NCBI GenBank assembly: GCA_964433455.1
Contig: CAYSSF010000002.1
Span: forward strand, 7,950 to 71,393
Length of the DNA: 63,444 nt
Reading direction: 5' to 3'
DNA from: an uncultured Syntrophaceae bacterium
GTDB lineage: Bacteria; Desulfobacterota; Syntrophia; Syntrophales; UBA5619
A program made the position numbers and the translations under genes. The notes beneath the pieces were generated by a model, which made no database searches, was not told the origin of the DNA, and was given only the letters and a program-made list of their open reading frames with translations. This document shows positions 8,290 to 17,508 of the stretch, piece by piece (the first letter of the stretch is position 1; each line of letters begins with the position of its first letter).

Positions 8290-9174
8290 ATGAAACACCT
8301 CAGAATGCTGTTGGTTGCGCTGTTTTTGTCTCTCCCCTTGATCCCATCGGCAGGCGCCCAGGAAACGAAAAGCTTTAATGGAACCCTGCGTATCGGTGGA
8401 TCCACGACGCTTCTTCCCGTGATCGCTGACGGCGCGAGTCAATTCATGGAAAAGTATGAGACGTGGGATAAGGTAGACCCCTCTTTCCCCAAATCGCGAA
8501 TCCTGATCTATGTCACCGGAGGAGGATCAGGATTCGGAATTAAAGCGGTTATGGATGGGACGGTCAACATCGGAATGTCTTCCCGCGATCTGAAAGACGC
8601 GGAAAAGACCCAGCTCGGCCAGTACAAGGAGTTTCTGGTCAGCAAGGATTGTCTGGCCTTTGCCGTCAACAAGAAAAATCCTCTCGCCAAGAAAAACAAT
8701 TTGACCCGCGAAGAGATCGCCCGGATCTTCTCCGGAGAGGCAAAAACCTTCAAGGAAATCGATCCCTCGCTTCCCAACAAACCGATCCTGGTCCAGATGC
8801 GCGATGCTGCCGGAGGTTCCACCGAAATCGTCAAGGCGATGATCTTGAAAGAGAAGAACTTCTCTCCCGGCGCGATCCAGGTGCCCTCGCAGGGGGCCAA
8901 TCTGAAGAAGCTGGAAACCAATACCAGCGCCATCGGCTATCTCTCCTCGGTGATGGCACAAGAGAGCTCAAAGCTCAAGATTTTCAAGTATGAAGGGGTC
9001 GCCCCGACGAATGAAAATGTGATCAATGGGAAGTACCGGATATCGCGTCCCCTCCTCCTTCTGGTCACCGGGACGCCGGAACCAACCGTGCAGAAGTTTA
9101 TCGATTACGTCCTGAACGACGGGCAGAAGATCGTTCAAGAACATGGATACGTTCCGGTAAAGACGCTCCGATGA
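8290..9174 (+). CDS. pstS: PstS-family phosphate ABC transporter substrate-binding protein (short type)
   Basis: Signal peptide MKHLRMLLVALFLSLPLIPSAGA. Motifs GGSTTLLP and TGGGSGFGIKAV...IGMSSR are typical of PBP-like-2 PstS proteins. GGAGG RBS. Confidence 0.85.
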   Translation: MKHLRMLLVALFLSLPLIPSAGAQETKSFNGTLRIGGSTTLLPVIADGASQFMEKYETWDKVDPSFPKSRILIYVTGGGSGFGIKAVMDGTVNIGMSSRDLKDAEKTQLGQYKEFLVSKDCLAFAVNKKNPLAKKNNLTREEIARIFSGEAKTFKEIDPSLPNKPILVQMRDAAGGSTEIVKAMILKEKNFSPGAIQVPSQGANLKKLETNTSAIGYLSSVMAQESSKLKIFKYEGVAPTNENVINGKYRISRPLLLLVTGTPEPTVQKFIDYVLNDGQKIVQEHGYVPVKTLR

Positions 9175-10076
9175 CTCGACCTCTTCTTTCGAAGACCCTT
9201 TACTGGAGTGATGCCGCGGTCAAAGTGCTTTCGTTCCTCGCCCTTGGGACGGGCGTGTCGTTTCTGTTATTGATGATCGTTTTTGTGCTCAGGGAATCGT
9301 CGCTCGGATCAGGCTTTGCGATGAACCTGTTCGATTTCCTGATACGCGAACCCTGGGCGCCCATGGCAACGCCGCCGAGCCACGGCATTTTCCATGCGTG
9401 GATATCGACCCTGGTCGTCACCGGCCTGAGTCTGGCCTTGGCGATCCCTCTGGGCTTTGGAATCGGACTCTTCCTTTCCGAGGTCGCCCCCCGATGGGTC
9501 CAGCAGGTGATGCAGCCCGCCCTTGAACTCCTTGCCGGCATCCCCGCGGTCGTCTATGGGTTCTTCGGCTACGTCACCCTCGTGCGAAACTTCGAGACAT
9601 GGTTTGATATGCCTGCCGGGGAATGTCTGCTCATTGCGGGGTTGATCCTGGCCGTTATGGTCCTTCCCTTTGTAGCCAGCACCGCCGCGGAAGCCTTCCG
9701 GAGCGTCGCCCAAGACCTCCGGGAGATGGCCTACGGACTCGGTGTCACACAGCTTTATGTCATGCGCAGGGTCCTGTTTCGCAAGGCGCTCCCCGGGCTC
9801 TTTGCGGCGGTTGCGCTGGGATTGGCCAGGGCTCTGGGGGAGACGCTCGCCGTTCTGATGCTGGCCGGCAACACGGTTGCGGTCCCCCATTCCCTGCTGG
9901 ACCGCGGCCAGCCGCTTACCGCACTCCTGGCCACGGAGCTTGGAGAAACAGTCGTTCATTCCGCCAAGTATCAGGCCCTCTTCGCGTCGGGGTTCATCCT
10001 GCTGATCGTCGTTTTGGGCATCAATGCAATCATCTGGACCCTGAAGCACCGCTTCCTGGAGCGCTCGCATGCATGA
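9171..10076 (+). CDS. pstC: phosphate ABC transporter permease PstC
   Basis: Polytopic membrane protein with the EAA-like loop A..LGVT...V.FRKALPG. The ATG overlaps the pstS stop (ATGA). Operon position supports the call. Confidence 0.85.
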   Translation: MTRPLLSKTLYWSDAAVKVLSFLALGTGVSFLLLMIVFVLRESSLGSGFAMNLFDFLIREPWAPMATPPSHGIFHAWISTLVVTGLSLALAIPLGFGIGLFLSEVAPRWVQQVMQPALELLAGIPAVVYGFFGYVTLVRNFETWFDMPAGECLLIAGLILAVMVLPFVASTAAEAFRSVAQDLREMAYGLGVTQLYVMRRVLFRKALPGLFAAVALGLARALGETLAVLMLAGNTVAVPHSLLDRGQPLTALLATELGETVVHSAKYQALFASGFILLIVVLGINAIIWTLKHRFLERSHA

Positions 10077-10965
10077 AACGGCGACACCATCGCCATCAGC
10101 AAACATGACAGGTTCTGAGATCTATCGGTTCGCCCTCCTCAGGGACCGCTTATCTCGGGCCGTTCTGTGGTTCTGCGGCTGTATCGGTTTGTTGCTGCCC
10201 GTCTCGATCATCGGCTACCTGATCATGGAAGGGATCCAATTCATTTCCTGGAACTTTCTGGTGGACTACCCCAAAGGGACTCCGCTGGGAACCGAGGGTG
10301 GAATCTGGCCGGCAGTGGAGGGTTCTCTCGCGCTGGCATCGATCGGGCTTTCCGTCGCCTTTCCGCTGGCCCTGGGAGGAGGCCTCTACCTCTCTGAATA
10401 CGGACATTTACAACGACTCAACCAGATCGTTCGCTTTCTCGTCGAGTGTCTGGCGGCGGTGCCGTCCATCATCTACGGACTCTTCGGATACGCCTTTCTC
10501 GTCGTCTTCCTCAAGTTCGGCATATCCCTTATCGCCGGCGGCCTGGTCCTCGCCCTCATCATGTTTCCCATCCTGCTGATCGCCGTACAGGAATCCCTCC
10601 GCTCCGTCGATGACGCCTACCGGGAAATGGGCCTCTCCCTGGGAGTCACGCGCCTCTACCTCGTTCGCCGGGTTCTGCTGCGAAAGGCTTGGAGGGGCAT
10701 CGTGGCGGGCATTGTGCTCGCCGTGGGCCACGCGGTTGGATCGGCGGCCCCGGTGCTCTTTACGGCAAGCATCTACTTCTCGAAGGGAGGGGTGGGCCTC
10801 GACCGGCCCGTGATGACGCTGCCCACCCATCTCTACAATCTGGTTTCGGAGGCCATCTCTTTCGATCAGGCCTTTGGTACGGCCCTCGTCCTGATCGCGG
10901 GGCTTCTGATCTTCAATGCGAGCGCCATGCTCCTTCGCCGGCTCGGAGGCGGCTCTACCCAATGA
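10069..10965 (+). CDS. pstA: phosphate ABC transporter permease PstA
   Basis: Polytopic membrane protein with REMGLSLGVTRLYLVRRVLLRKA, typical of PstA. It overlaps the pstC end. Confidence 0.85.
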   Translation: MHETATPSPSANMTGSEIYRFALLRDRLSRAVLWFCGCIGLLLPVSIIGYLIMEGIQFISWNFLVDYPKGTPLGTEGGIWPAVEGSLALASIGLSVAFPLALGGGLYLSEYGHLQRLNQIVRFLVECLAAVPSIIYGLFGYAFLVVFLKFGISLIAGGLVLALIMFPILLIAVQESLRSVDDAYREMGLSLGVTRLYLVRRVLLRKAWRGIVAGIVLAVGHAVGSAAPVLFTASIYFSKGGVGLDRPVMTLPTHLYNLVSEAISFDQAFGTALVLIAGLLIFNASAMLLRRLGGGSTQ

Positions 10966-11786
10966 TCATCCCAATGGAAATGACATATTCCCAAGCCCGT
11001 GAAGGGGGACGAGAAGCTTCTGTTCATGGGGCAAGGATCTTTGATATCCGCAACCTTTCCGTCACCTTTAACGGCAGATCGGTCCTCCGGGGGGTTAACG
11101 CGATGGCCCTGGACCGTCAGGTCCTTGCGATCGTCGGCCCTTCGGGGTCCGGAAAATCAACCCTGTTGCGCACCATGAATCGCACCCTCGAACTCACGCG
11201 GGATGCCCGCGTCACTTCCGGTGATATACACTTCAAGGGGAAGCGGCTATACGGAAACGGAACCGATGCAAGAATCGTCCGCAAACGGATCTGTATGGTG
11301 CACCAGAAACCCGTGGCCTTTCCGATGTCGATCGCGGAGAACGTGCTCTTCGGGGTTCGCTTTCACAAGAACTGGAACGGACGGACCAAGGACGAGATTG
11401 TGCGAAACTGCATCGAGAAGGTCGGCCTCTGGAACGAGGTGAAGGACCGGTTGTCGGATCCGGCCTCCCGGTTGTCCGTCGGCCAGCTCCAGCGGCTCTG
11501 CATCGCCAGGGCTCTGGCCAACGATCCCGAGGCCATCCTGATGGACGAGCCTTGTTCCGCCCTCGACCCGGTATCGACGGGGCGGATCGAGGAATTGATT
11601 ATGGCTTTGAAACCGCAACTACCCATCGTCATCGTGACGCATAACCTGGCTCAGGCCCGCCGGATCTCCGACCAGTCTCTTTTTCTGTCCGACGGGCAAT
11701 CACTCGAACAGGATACGACCGAACGCATCTTCACACACTCGGAAAACGAACAGGTGCGCGATTTCATCACCGGAAAGGTGGGATAA
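10962..11786 (+). CDS. pstB: phosphate ABC transporter ATP-binding protein PstB
   Basis: Walker A GPSGSGKST, signature LSVGQLQRL, Walker B ILMDEP. ATG 10962 overlaps the pstA TGA (ATGA). The track ORF start at 10689 lies inside pstA. Confidence 0.9.
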   Translation: MIIPMEMTYSQAREGGREASVHGARIFDIRNLSVTFNGRSVLRGVNAMALDRQVLAIVGPSGSGKSTLLRTMNRTLELTRDARVTSGDIHFKGKRLYGNGTDARIVRKRICMVHQKPVAFPMSIAENVLFGVRFHKNWNGRTKDEIVRNCIEKVGLWNEVKDRLSDPASRLSVGQLQRLCIARALANDPEAILMDEPCSALDPVSTGRIEELIMALKPQLPIVIVTHNLAQARRISDQSLFLSDGQSLEQDTTERIFTHSENEQVRDFITGKVG

Positions 11787-11791
11787 CCCTG

Positions 11792-12946
11792 ATGAATCTT
11801 CGAAAACCGCAACGCGCCGTCATCTGCCTCTACGACGGATTCGGGTACGATTACTACGAACGGAGCCGGTTGCCGACCATGAAGAGAATGGCGGCAGAGG
11901 GTATGGCGAAACGGGGGCGGGCGGTTTTCCCGACGCTCACGAATGCCAACACGATCTCCGTTTGCTGCGCCGCCTGGCCCTCCGAACACGGGGTGACGAC
12001 GAACTGCTATTTCGACGAAGCATCGGGAACGGCCCGATTCCTGGAGAATCGTGGCTTCATCATGACCCCGACCATTTTTCAGCGTTTCGACGAGGCCGGC
12101 GGCCGCTCCGCCCTTCTCACCTGCAAGGCGAAAACCCTTAAACTCCTCGGCAAGGACACGGTGTTTGCGGTGGCCGCGGAAGAGCCGACGCCGGAAACGG
12201 TCTCTCGATACGGAGCCCCGCCCCCCATGTACAGCACGGAGGTGAACGAATGGCTCTGGACTATCGCCGTCGACCTTCTGAAAACAAGGCCCGACATCGG
12301 TTTGGTATACATTCAGACAACGGATTATCCCATGCACATGTGGGGACCGGACGAAAACCAGTCTCTCGCACACATGACCATGCTGGATGAGATGCTGGAG
12401 CAGGCGCGGGCGGCGGCTCCGGATGCCCTCTTTCTGATCACCGCCGATCACGGCATGAATTTCAAGACACATTGCCTCGATCTTCGAAAAATATGCGCCG
12501 GCCACAGTATCGGGCTCCGTTTCGTCGTCTCCCCGGTAGCCGATCGCCTGGTCGTTCATCACCGAGGTTTTGGAGGGGTCTCCTACGCTTATCTTCATTC
12601 AGCGCGAGAATGTGCGGCGGTTGAGAAGTTTCTCCACGGGTTGGTCGGTGTGGAGGATGTGCTTTCACGGCGGGAGGCGGCGGTCCGTTTTCACCTGATG
12701 CCGGAGCGGATTGGGGATCTGGTTGTGATAGCCGATCGGAATGCCGTCTTTGGAGACCTCGATGCCCCGGTCGAAGACCTCAGGCCGGGGTATCGGAATC
12801 ATGGGTCGCTCCATGAGGAAGACATTCCGCTGATCCTCTATGGCGCGGAGGGAATCGGACCTTCTTCTGAAACCTTCATGATGAATTTTGATCTGACCCG
12901 GTGGCTTTGCCGCACCGTTTTTTTGAGGAGGGGAAAAAATGGTTGA
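11792..12946 (+). CDS. alkaline-phosphatase-superfamily hydrolase, phosphonoacetate hydrolase (PhnA)/NPP-like, copy 1
   Basis: Motif set YDGFGYDY, FPTLTNANT (Thr nucleophile position), TTDYPMH, ITADHGMN, NHGSLHE parallels PhnA-type AP-superfamily enzymes. It starts 6 nt after pstB. Confidence 0.7.
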   Translation: MNLRKPQRAVICLYDGFGYDYYERSRLPTMKRMAAEGMAKRGRAVFPTLTNANTISVCCAAWPSEHGVTTNCYFDEASGTARFLENRGFIMTPTIFQRFDEAGGRSALLTCKAKTLKLLGKDTVFAVAAEEPTPETVSRYGAPPPMYSTEVNEWLWTIAVDLLKTRPDIGLVYIQTTDYPMHMWGPDENQSLAHMTMLDEMLEQARAAAPDALFLITADHGMNFKTHCLDLRKICAGHSIGLRFVVSPVADRLVVHHRGFGGVSYAYLHSARECAAVEKFLHGLVGVEDVLSRREAAVRFHLMPERIGDLVVIADRNAVFGDLDAPVEDLRPGYRNHGSLHEEDIPLILYGAEGIGPSSETFMMNFDLTRWLCRTVFLRRGKNG

Positions 12947-14075
12947 AACCAAGCAACGGCTGGTCGTTGCCCTGATGGATGGCATGGGGATGGATTATTT
13001 TGAGAAGAGTCCGATGCCTGTCTTACGAGGGATGAGTCGCGAGGGGTTTTACCGCACCGTCCGGGCGGTTATGCCGACGGTTACCAATATCAACAATGTC
13101 TCGGTCTGCTGCGGCGCCTGGCCCGATGAACACGGGATCTCCTCCAATTCCTACTTCGATCCCGCCTCCGGACAGGCGGAGTATATGAACTCGGCGGATC
13201 TGATCCGGACCGAGACACTGTTTCAGCGCGCCAGGAGGCACGGTGTACGGGGAGCGCTCCTCTCGTCGAAGCGAAAAACCGTGGAGCTGTTCCATAAGGA
13301 CACGGAGATCGCAATCTCGGCCGAAGTTCCCTCTACCGAATGCATTGCCCGTTATGGAGTGCCCCCCGACATCTATTCCGGAGAGATCAACGAGTGGCTC
13401 TGGCAGGTTGCGATCGACTTGCTCCGGACCCGGCCCGATCTCGGGGTTATCTACATCCATACGACGGATTATCCCATGCACCGGTGGGCGCCGGAAGAGG
13501 AAGGATCCAAAGTCCATCTCTCGCGGATTGACGCACTCATCGGTGAAGCAAAAGAAGCGGCCCCGGATGCGGCCTTCTTCATCACTGCGGATCATGGTAT
13601 GAACGAGAAGAGACGATGCTGGGACTTGGCCCGGGCCTGTTCCGAACAGGACATTCCGGTGCGGTTTGCCCTTTCCCCCGAGCGGGACTATTACATCCGA
13701 CATCACCGCAACTTCGCCGGCTCAGCGTGGGTTTGGGTCAACCGGCCCGCTGACCTGCAACCGGTTCGGGACGTCTGCCGGGACCTCGAAGGTGTCGAGT
13801 GCGTTCTCAGCCGCGAGGAGGCCGTGCGGCAATTCCGGCTTCCGCGGGAGTATGTGGGCGATCTGATGGTCCTCGGCGACCGCGAGACCGTCTTCGGCGA
13901 CCTGGAAAAGACGAAAGAGGAGTTGCCCGCAACCTACCGCGCCCACGGCTCCCTGCATGAGGCGGACGTGCCGCTGATCATTCACGGTTGGGAAGGGGAA
14001 CTGCCGCCGGAAGAAGCATTCAGCCACAACCTCCATCTGACCCGGTTCCTCTTCAGGGAACCTTCCGCCAGCTAA
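12939..14075 (+). CDS. alkaline-phosphatase-superfamily hydrolase, PhnA/NPP-like, copy 2
   Basis: Tandem paralog of 11792-12946 (MDGMGMDY, MPTVTNINN, TTDYPMH, ITADHGMN, AHGSLHE). GAGGAGG RBS. It overlaps the end of copy 1 by 8 nt. Confidence 0.7.
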   Translation: MVETKQRLVVALMDGMGMDYFEKSPMPVLRGMSREGFYRTVRAVMPTVTNINNVSVCCGAWPDEHGISSNSYFDPASGQAEYMNSADLIRTETLFQRARRHGVRGALLSSKRKTVELFHKDTEIAISAEVPSTECIARYGVPPDIYSGEINEWLWQVAIDLLRTRPDLGVIYIHTTDYPMHRWAPEEEGSKVHLSRIDALIGEAKEAAPDAAFFITADHGMNEKRRCWDLARACSEQDIPVRFALSPERDYYIRHHRNFAGSAWVWVNRPADLQPVRDVCRDLEGVECVLSREEAVRQFRLPREYVGDLMVLGDRETVFGDLEKTKEELPATYRAHGSLHEADVPLIIHGWEGELPPEEAFSHNLHLTRFLFREPSAS

Positions 14076-14379
14076 AACGATTCCTCTCTTTGAAATTCAG
14101 TGAGTATTGTTGCGGGGCAGCGCCACCGAACGGGGACCGCTCACTCCCGGGAGAAAAAGATCTCTCCGATATCCGCTTCGGCCTCGCCTTTCATGGAGGA
14201 ACACTCCTCCGATCAGGGCGAAAGAGGGATGGTTTCGAACATCCTCAAAGGCCCGCTGGATGTCATCGCAGAGGTTATCTCTTTCTTGACGCCGAATGCC
14301 CTGTCGCCGCTGCTGGCCATCCAGAGATAAAAAGCGATTTCCCTCCTGCTGCATCGTCATGTCCAAATCTCCCCCCTTT

Positions 14380-16818
14380 TCACGCGCGGAGGACGCGCTG
14401 GTTTCTACCGCCAGCGGCCTGCAAGGGCGGGCGCTCGGCCTCGCGCCGATCGAAGGCGACTGTGATGATCAGGAGGGCGATCAGCTTTTGCAGGAGTTCG
14501 GGCGAGGCATGTTCGTCCTGCAGAACCTGCCTGAACCATTCGGAGATCGGCCGGTTCCCGCCGATCGAACGGAGTAGGTTGCGAACCCCCTGCCGTTCGC
14601 TGCACGGGGTCGAGGCGATGCGTCTTAGATCCTCCTCCAGAAATCTGACTCCTTCCAGGGCATGGCTGATCCTCAGGTCGGTGCGGTAGTAGTTCTCGGC
14701 GGTCCGGTTGAAGTCGCCGGCCTGCATCTCCATCGGGGAACGGGCCTTGGCCTTTTCCAGGATGGCCCGGGTCAGTTTTCCCCCTGCGGAACAGCGCTCC
14801 GGCTCCTCGATTCTTTTTTCGAGATCCTCGATCGTTGCGGACATCCGGAGGAGTTCGATCAGCTCCGCCCCATCCTCCTTGATGGTGCGAACGAGGGCCC
14901 GGCAATACTCCCGGTGGTGGACCCGCAGATACCCGGGGTAGCGCCGGCTGGACCTCACCCGCTCCGTTTTTTCCACGATCCGCCGCAGGAACCGGTTCCC
15001 AGAATCCTTGCGGATGAAGAAGGTGGGGATGCCCACGGCCTGCCCGAAGATGATCTGCCGCCGCTCGCTCTCGACAAAGGGATCGTCGGGGATATCGGCG
15101 TGGGCGACGCTCTCTTCGGCAATATATTTGAAGGCCAGGGCCGTGAGGAGGTTTTGCAGATCCACGGCCCTGGCCATATCCCCTTCCAGGCTGAAGAAGA
15201 GGCTGTAGGTGCGGCCCTCGAAACCGGAAAATCCCATGGCCGCGAATTCACGCAGCTTGTTGAACAGATAGAGAGACATCCTTTTGTCGAAGACGCCCAA
15301 TTCGGTGAGATCCCGTTTCAACCGGTCATGGTTTTGAGGCGTTCCATCCAGGGCCGGGCTCTTCTCCGTGCTCCTCAGGGCCACCAGGTAATCGATCAGC
15401 CGAAAATCGGGGATAAAATCGCCGCGGAGCCGAAAAAGGGCGCTGATCGCCCGGTCGAGCCAGGGAGGACCGAAGGGGGTCACGGTCTTTCCGAAGAGAT
15501 TGATGTCGGCCTTTTTCTGCCAGCGCCTCCAGAGCATGCGCAAGTGGGTGAAATCGAGTTCGTGGGGCAGAAATCCGAGAATGCTTTCGGGGTGGAATTC
15601 CGAAAAATCGAGCCGGTAGGGAGTGGCGCTGTAAGTGCCGACCAAAAGGGGCAGGAAATGCTCATGGATCTTGATGACCAGATCTCCCAGATATTTCTCG
15701 TGCCGGCTGTCGAATCCGGAGGCCGGATCCTTCAGTAGATCGGTGAGTTTGCGGCTGCCGAGGCTGACGTGGGTCCCGTTGTTGGCCAGGCTGATGTTGG
15801 AGGTGTTCGGCAGCACCACGAGATTCCGGTTGATGATGCCCGCCTCGCGGAGCTTCCCCAGCGCATTGAGCTGGCTGCGGCTCAGGACCCGGTGGCAGAG
15901 ATGCATGTATTCCTGCTTCACCTCCCCGCGGTTCCAACCCGAGAGACAGGGATTCATGAAAAGTTCCCGGTAAAAGGCATCGGAGATGCAGGCGTTCAGC
16001 TTTTTCTGCCGGATCGGCGGATGGGGCGAGTAGAAGACCAACGCCCTCTGGCCGCTCTCGGCAAGGCCGAAACGGCTGTTGGCGTAGAGGGTCAGCAACT
16101 GCGTCAGCAGAAACCGTTTTGCCGATTCCCTGGCCACCTCCCGTCCCATTTGGGTCCCGGGAGAGAGGGATGAGACATGGAAGGAGCAGACCTCCGGCGA
16201 GGTGTTGTCGCTGAGAAAGTGGTTCATCAGCGTCTGGCCCGTCCCGGCGATGAGCGGCGGCTCTCCGTCGATCGCCTCGGCCAGAGCGATCTTAAGGAGA
16301 TAGCTGATCGGAATGCGGATGTACTCTCTCCCCTCCTGAAGGAAGATGAAATTGGCAAGGTCGGTCCGTTCCCCCCGGGCCGGGTCGCCCTTGTCGGCCA
16401 GGAGATCCTTCTCGAAGACCCGTCGGGCGAAGGGGCCGAGCAGTTCCCTTGGGAAGCGGACCCAACTGTTTTCCCATACCCCGTCGGCATTCTCCTGGAG
16501 GTACCGTTCGAGATCGGTCATGGCCCGGTCCGGCAATTCGCCCGCCGCCCTTCGCCTGACAATATTGGCAAAGTAATGGGATTGGACGATGGTGATCGGC
16601 AGGTCAACCTCTTCCTTTTTCCCGATCACAACGGCCTGCAACTCCGTTTCGCTCCCGGCGGTGGTGTCATGCAGGGAAAAGGGAAGGTCCGCCACGTCGA
16701 CCCCGAACAATTTATAAACATTCAATTTTTCCATTCCTTCCCGGGTGGAGAGAACCTCCTCTTCCGGAAGGCGGCTCGGCGCCATGGCCAAACAGACGCT
16801 GCTTTCATTTCTGCTCAT
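14380..16818 (-). CDS. large (812 aa) conserved-looking protein of unrecognised family
   Basis: Uninterrupted ORF with coding-like composition. No signal peptide or TM segment is visible by eye, and I recognise no motif. ATG 16818 has a GGGGAAAGG RBS and aligns with the start of the duplicated fragment; the track start at 16848 is TTG. Confidence 0.8.
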   Translation of the reverse strand: MSRNESSVCLAMAPSRLPEEEVLSTREGMEKLNVYKLFGVDVADLPFSLHDTTAGSETELQAVVIGKKEEVDLPITIVQSHYFANIVRRRAAGELPDRAMTDLERYLQENADGVWENSWVRFPRELLGPFARRVFEKDLLADKGDPARGERTDLANFIFLQEGREYIRIPISYLLKIALAEAIDGEPPLIAGTGQTLMNHFLSDNTSPEVCSFHVSSLSPGTQMGREVARESAKRFLLTQLLTLYANSRFGLAESGQRALVFYSPHPPIRQKKLNACISDAFYRELFMNPCLSGWNRGEVKQEYMHLCHRVLSRSQLNALGKLREAGIINRNLVVLPNTSNISLANNGTHVSLGSRKLTDLLKDPASGFDSRHEKYLGDLVIKIHEHFLPLLVGTYSATPYRLDFSEFHPESILGFLPHELDFTHLRMLWRRWQKKADINLFGKTVTPFGPPWLDRAISALFRLRGDFIPDFRLIDYLVALRSTEKSPALDGTPQNHDRLKRDLTELGVFDKRMSLYLFNKLREFAAMGFSGFEGRTYSLFFSLEGDMARAVDLQNLLTALAFKYIAEESVAHADIPDDPFVESERRQIIFGQAVGIPTFFIRKDSGNRFLRRIVEKTERVRSSRRYPGYLRVHHREYCRALVRTIKEDGAELIELLRMSATIEDLEKRIEEPERCSAGGKLTRAILEKAKARSPMEMQAGDFNRTAENYYRTDLRISHALEGVRFLEEDLRRIASTPCSERQGVRNLLRSIGGNRPISEWFRQVLQDEHASPELLQKLIALLIITVAFDRREAERPPLQAAGGRNQRVLRA

Positions 16819-16905
16819 AGAGACCTTTCCCCGCAATGTTCCCCGCAACCATCATCCCAAACGTGGGAGATACTGAAAACTTTTAACGGGACTTAGCCGG
16901 TTCAT

Positions 16906-16933
16906 GTGACCGGATGATGACGCTTGGATGAAG
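16906..16933 (-). promoter_or_regulatory. Pho-box-like array (3 phased half-sites) upstream of the 812-aa gene
   Basis: Minus strand reads CTTCAT(16933-16928), CGTCAT(16922-16917), GGTCAC(16911-16906) at 11-bp spacing, ending 88 nt before ATG 16818. Confidence 0.6.
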
Positions 16934-17064
16934 TCGCTGTGAATTTTTTTCCCGTATCACTCCTTGGGAACAAGTGGAATCTTTTATGCGGTGTATGGGT
17001 TTTGATCTTCACCTGTTCTGAAGAATCGGACAGTCTCCCGGAGCTGATAGCCCTGGCTGGATCT

Positions 17065-17103
17065 TTTCACGCAAACTTTATTCGAATGTCATCATCACGT
17101 CAC
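17065..17103 (+). promoter_or_regulatory. Pho-box-like array (4 phased half-sites) upstream of the dehydrogenase/PhnX-like unit
   Basis: TTTCAC(17065), CTTTAT(17076), TGTCAT(17087), CGTCAC(17098) at 11-bp spacing, ending 75 nt before ATG 17178. Confidence 0.6.
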
Positions 17104-17177
17104 AGTTGTCGGTTAAGCGAATCTGGGTTGCTCCGTGCGGAAGCAATCAAGCACATTCTTACCGGAGGAGATGAAGC

Positions 17178-17450
17178 ATGCGAATCGGATTCATTGGCTT
17201 GGGGCGCATGGGCTTTCCCATGGCGCGTAACCTTATCAAGGCGGTAGTGATCATCGGAGATTTCACGGACAACTCGAAAAAAAAGATCACGGAACTGTTT
17301 CCCTCCGATTGGAAGATCGCCATCGTATCGGTTGCGGAAATGGACGCGGAGTTGGCCGATGCGGAGGTCATCATTCCGGAACACATCATGGTTGACGGAC
17401 CGTTTCTCGATCGGGCAAAAAAACTCAGGCTGATCCAGACAGCGGCATGA
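17178..17450 (+). pseudogene. chimeric, truncated dehydrogenase remnant
   Basis: The first 22 aa (MRIGFIGLGRMGFPMARNLIKA) look like a 3-hydroxyisobutyrate/6PGDH-type NAD-binding N-terminus. The rest (AELADAEVIIPEHIMVDGPFLDRAKKLRLIQTAA*) looks like the N-terminal substrate domain of a D-2-hydroxyacid dehydrogenase that stops before its NAD domain. Confidence 0.5.
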
Positions 17451-17508
17451 TCCCCCTCAATGCCCTCAATCGGATTGCCTGATTCTAATTCCCAACAATG
17501 GAGATTGT

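Noticed and set aside
5400-8300. Mobile element as the cause of the gene fragments
   Set aside because: I found no transposase, integrase, recombinase, or inverted or direct terminal repeats flanking the fragments. The rearrangements are real, but I cannot attribute them to an identifiable mobile element.
14097-14366. Small ORFs (89 aa minus, 76 aa plus) in the convergent gap between the PhnA-like gene and the 812-aa gene
   Set aside because: They overlap each other on opposite strands. They lack a convincing RBS and have Arg-rich, non-protein-like composition. I cannot support either one.
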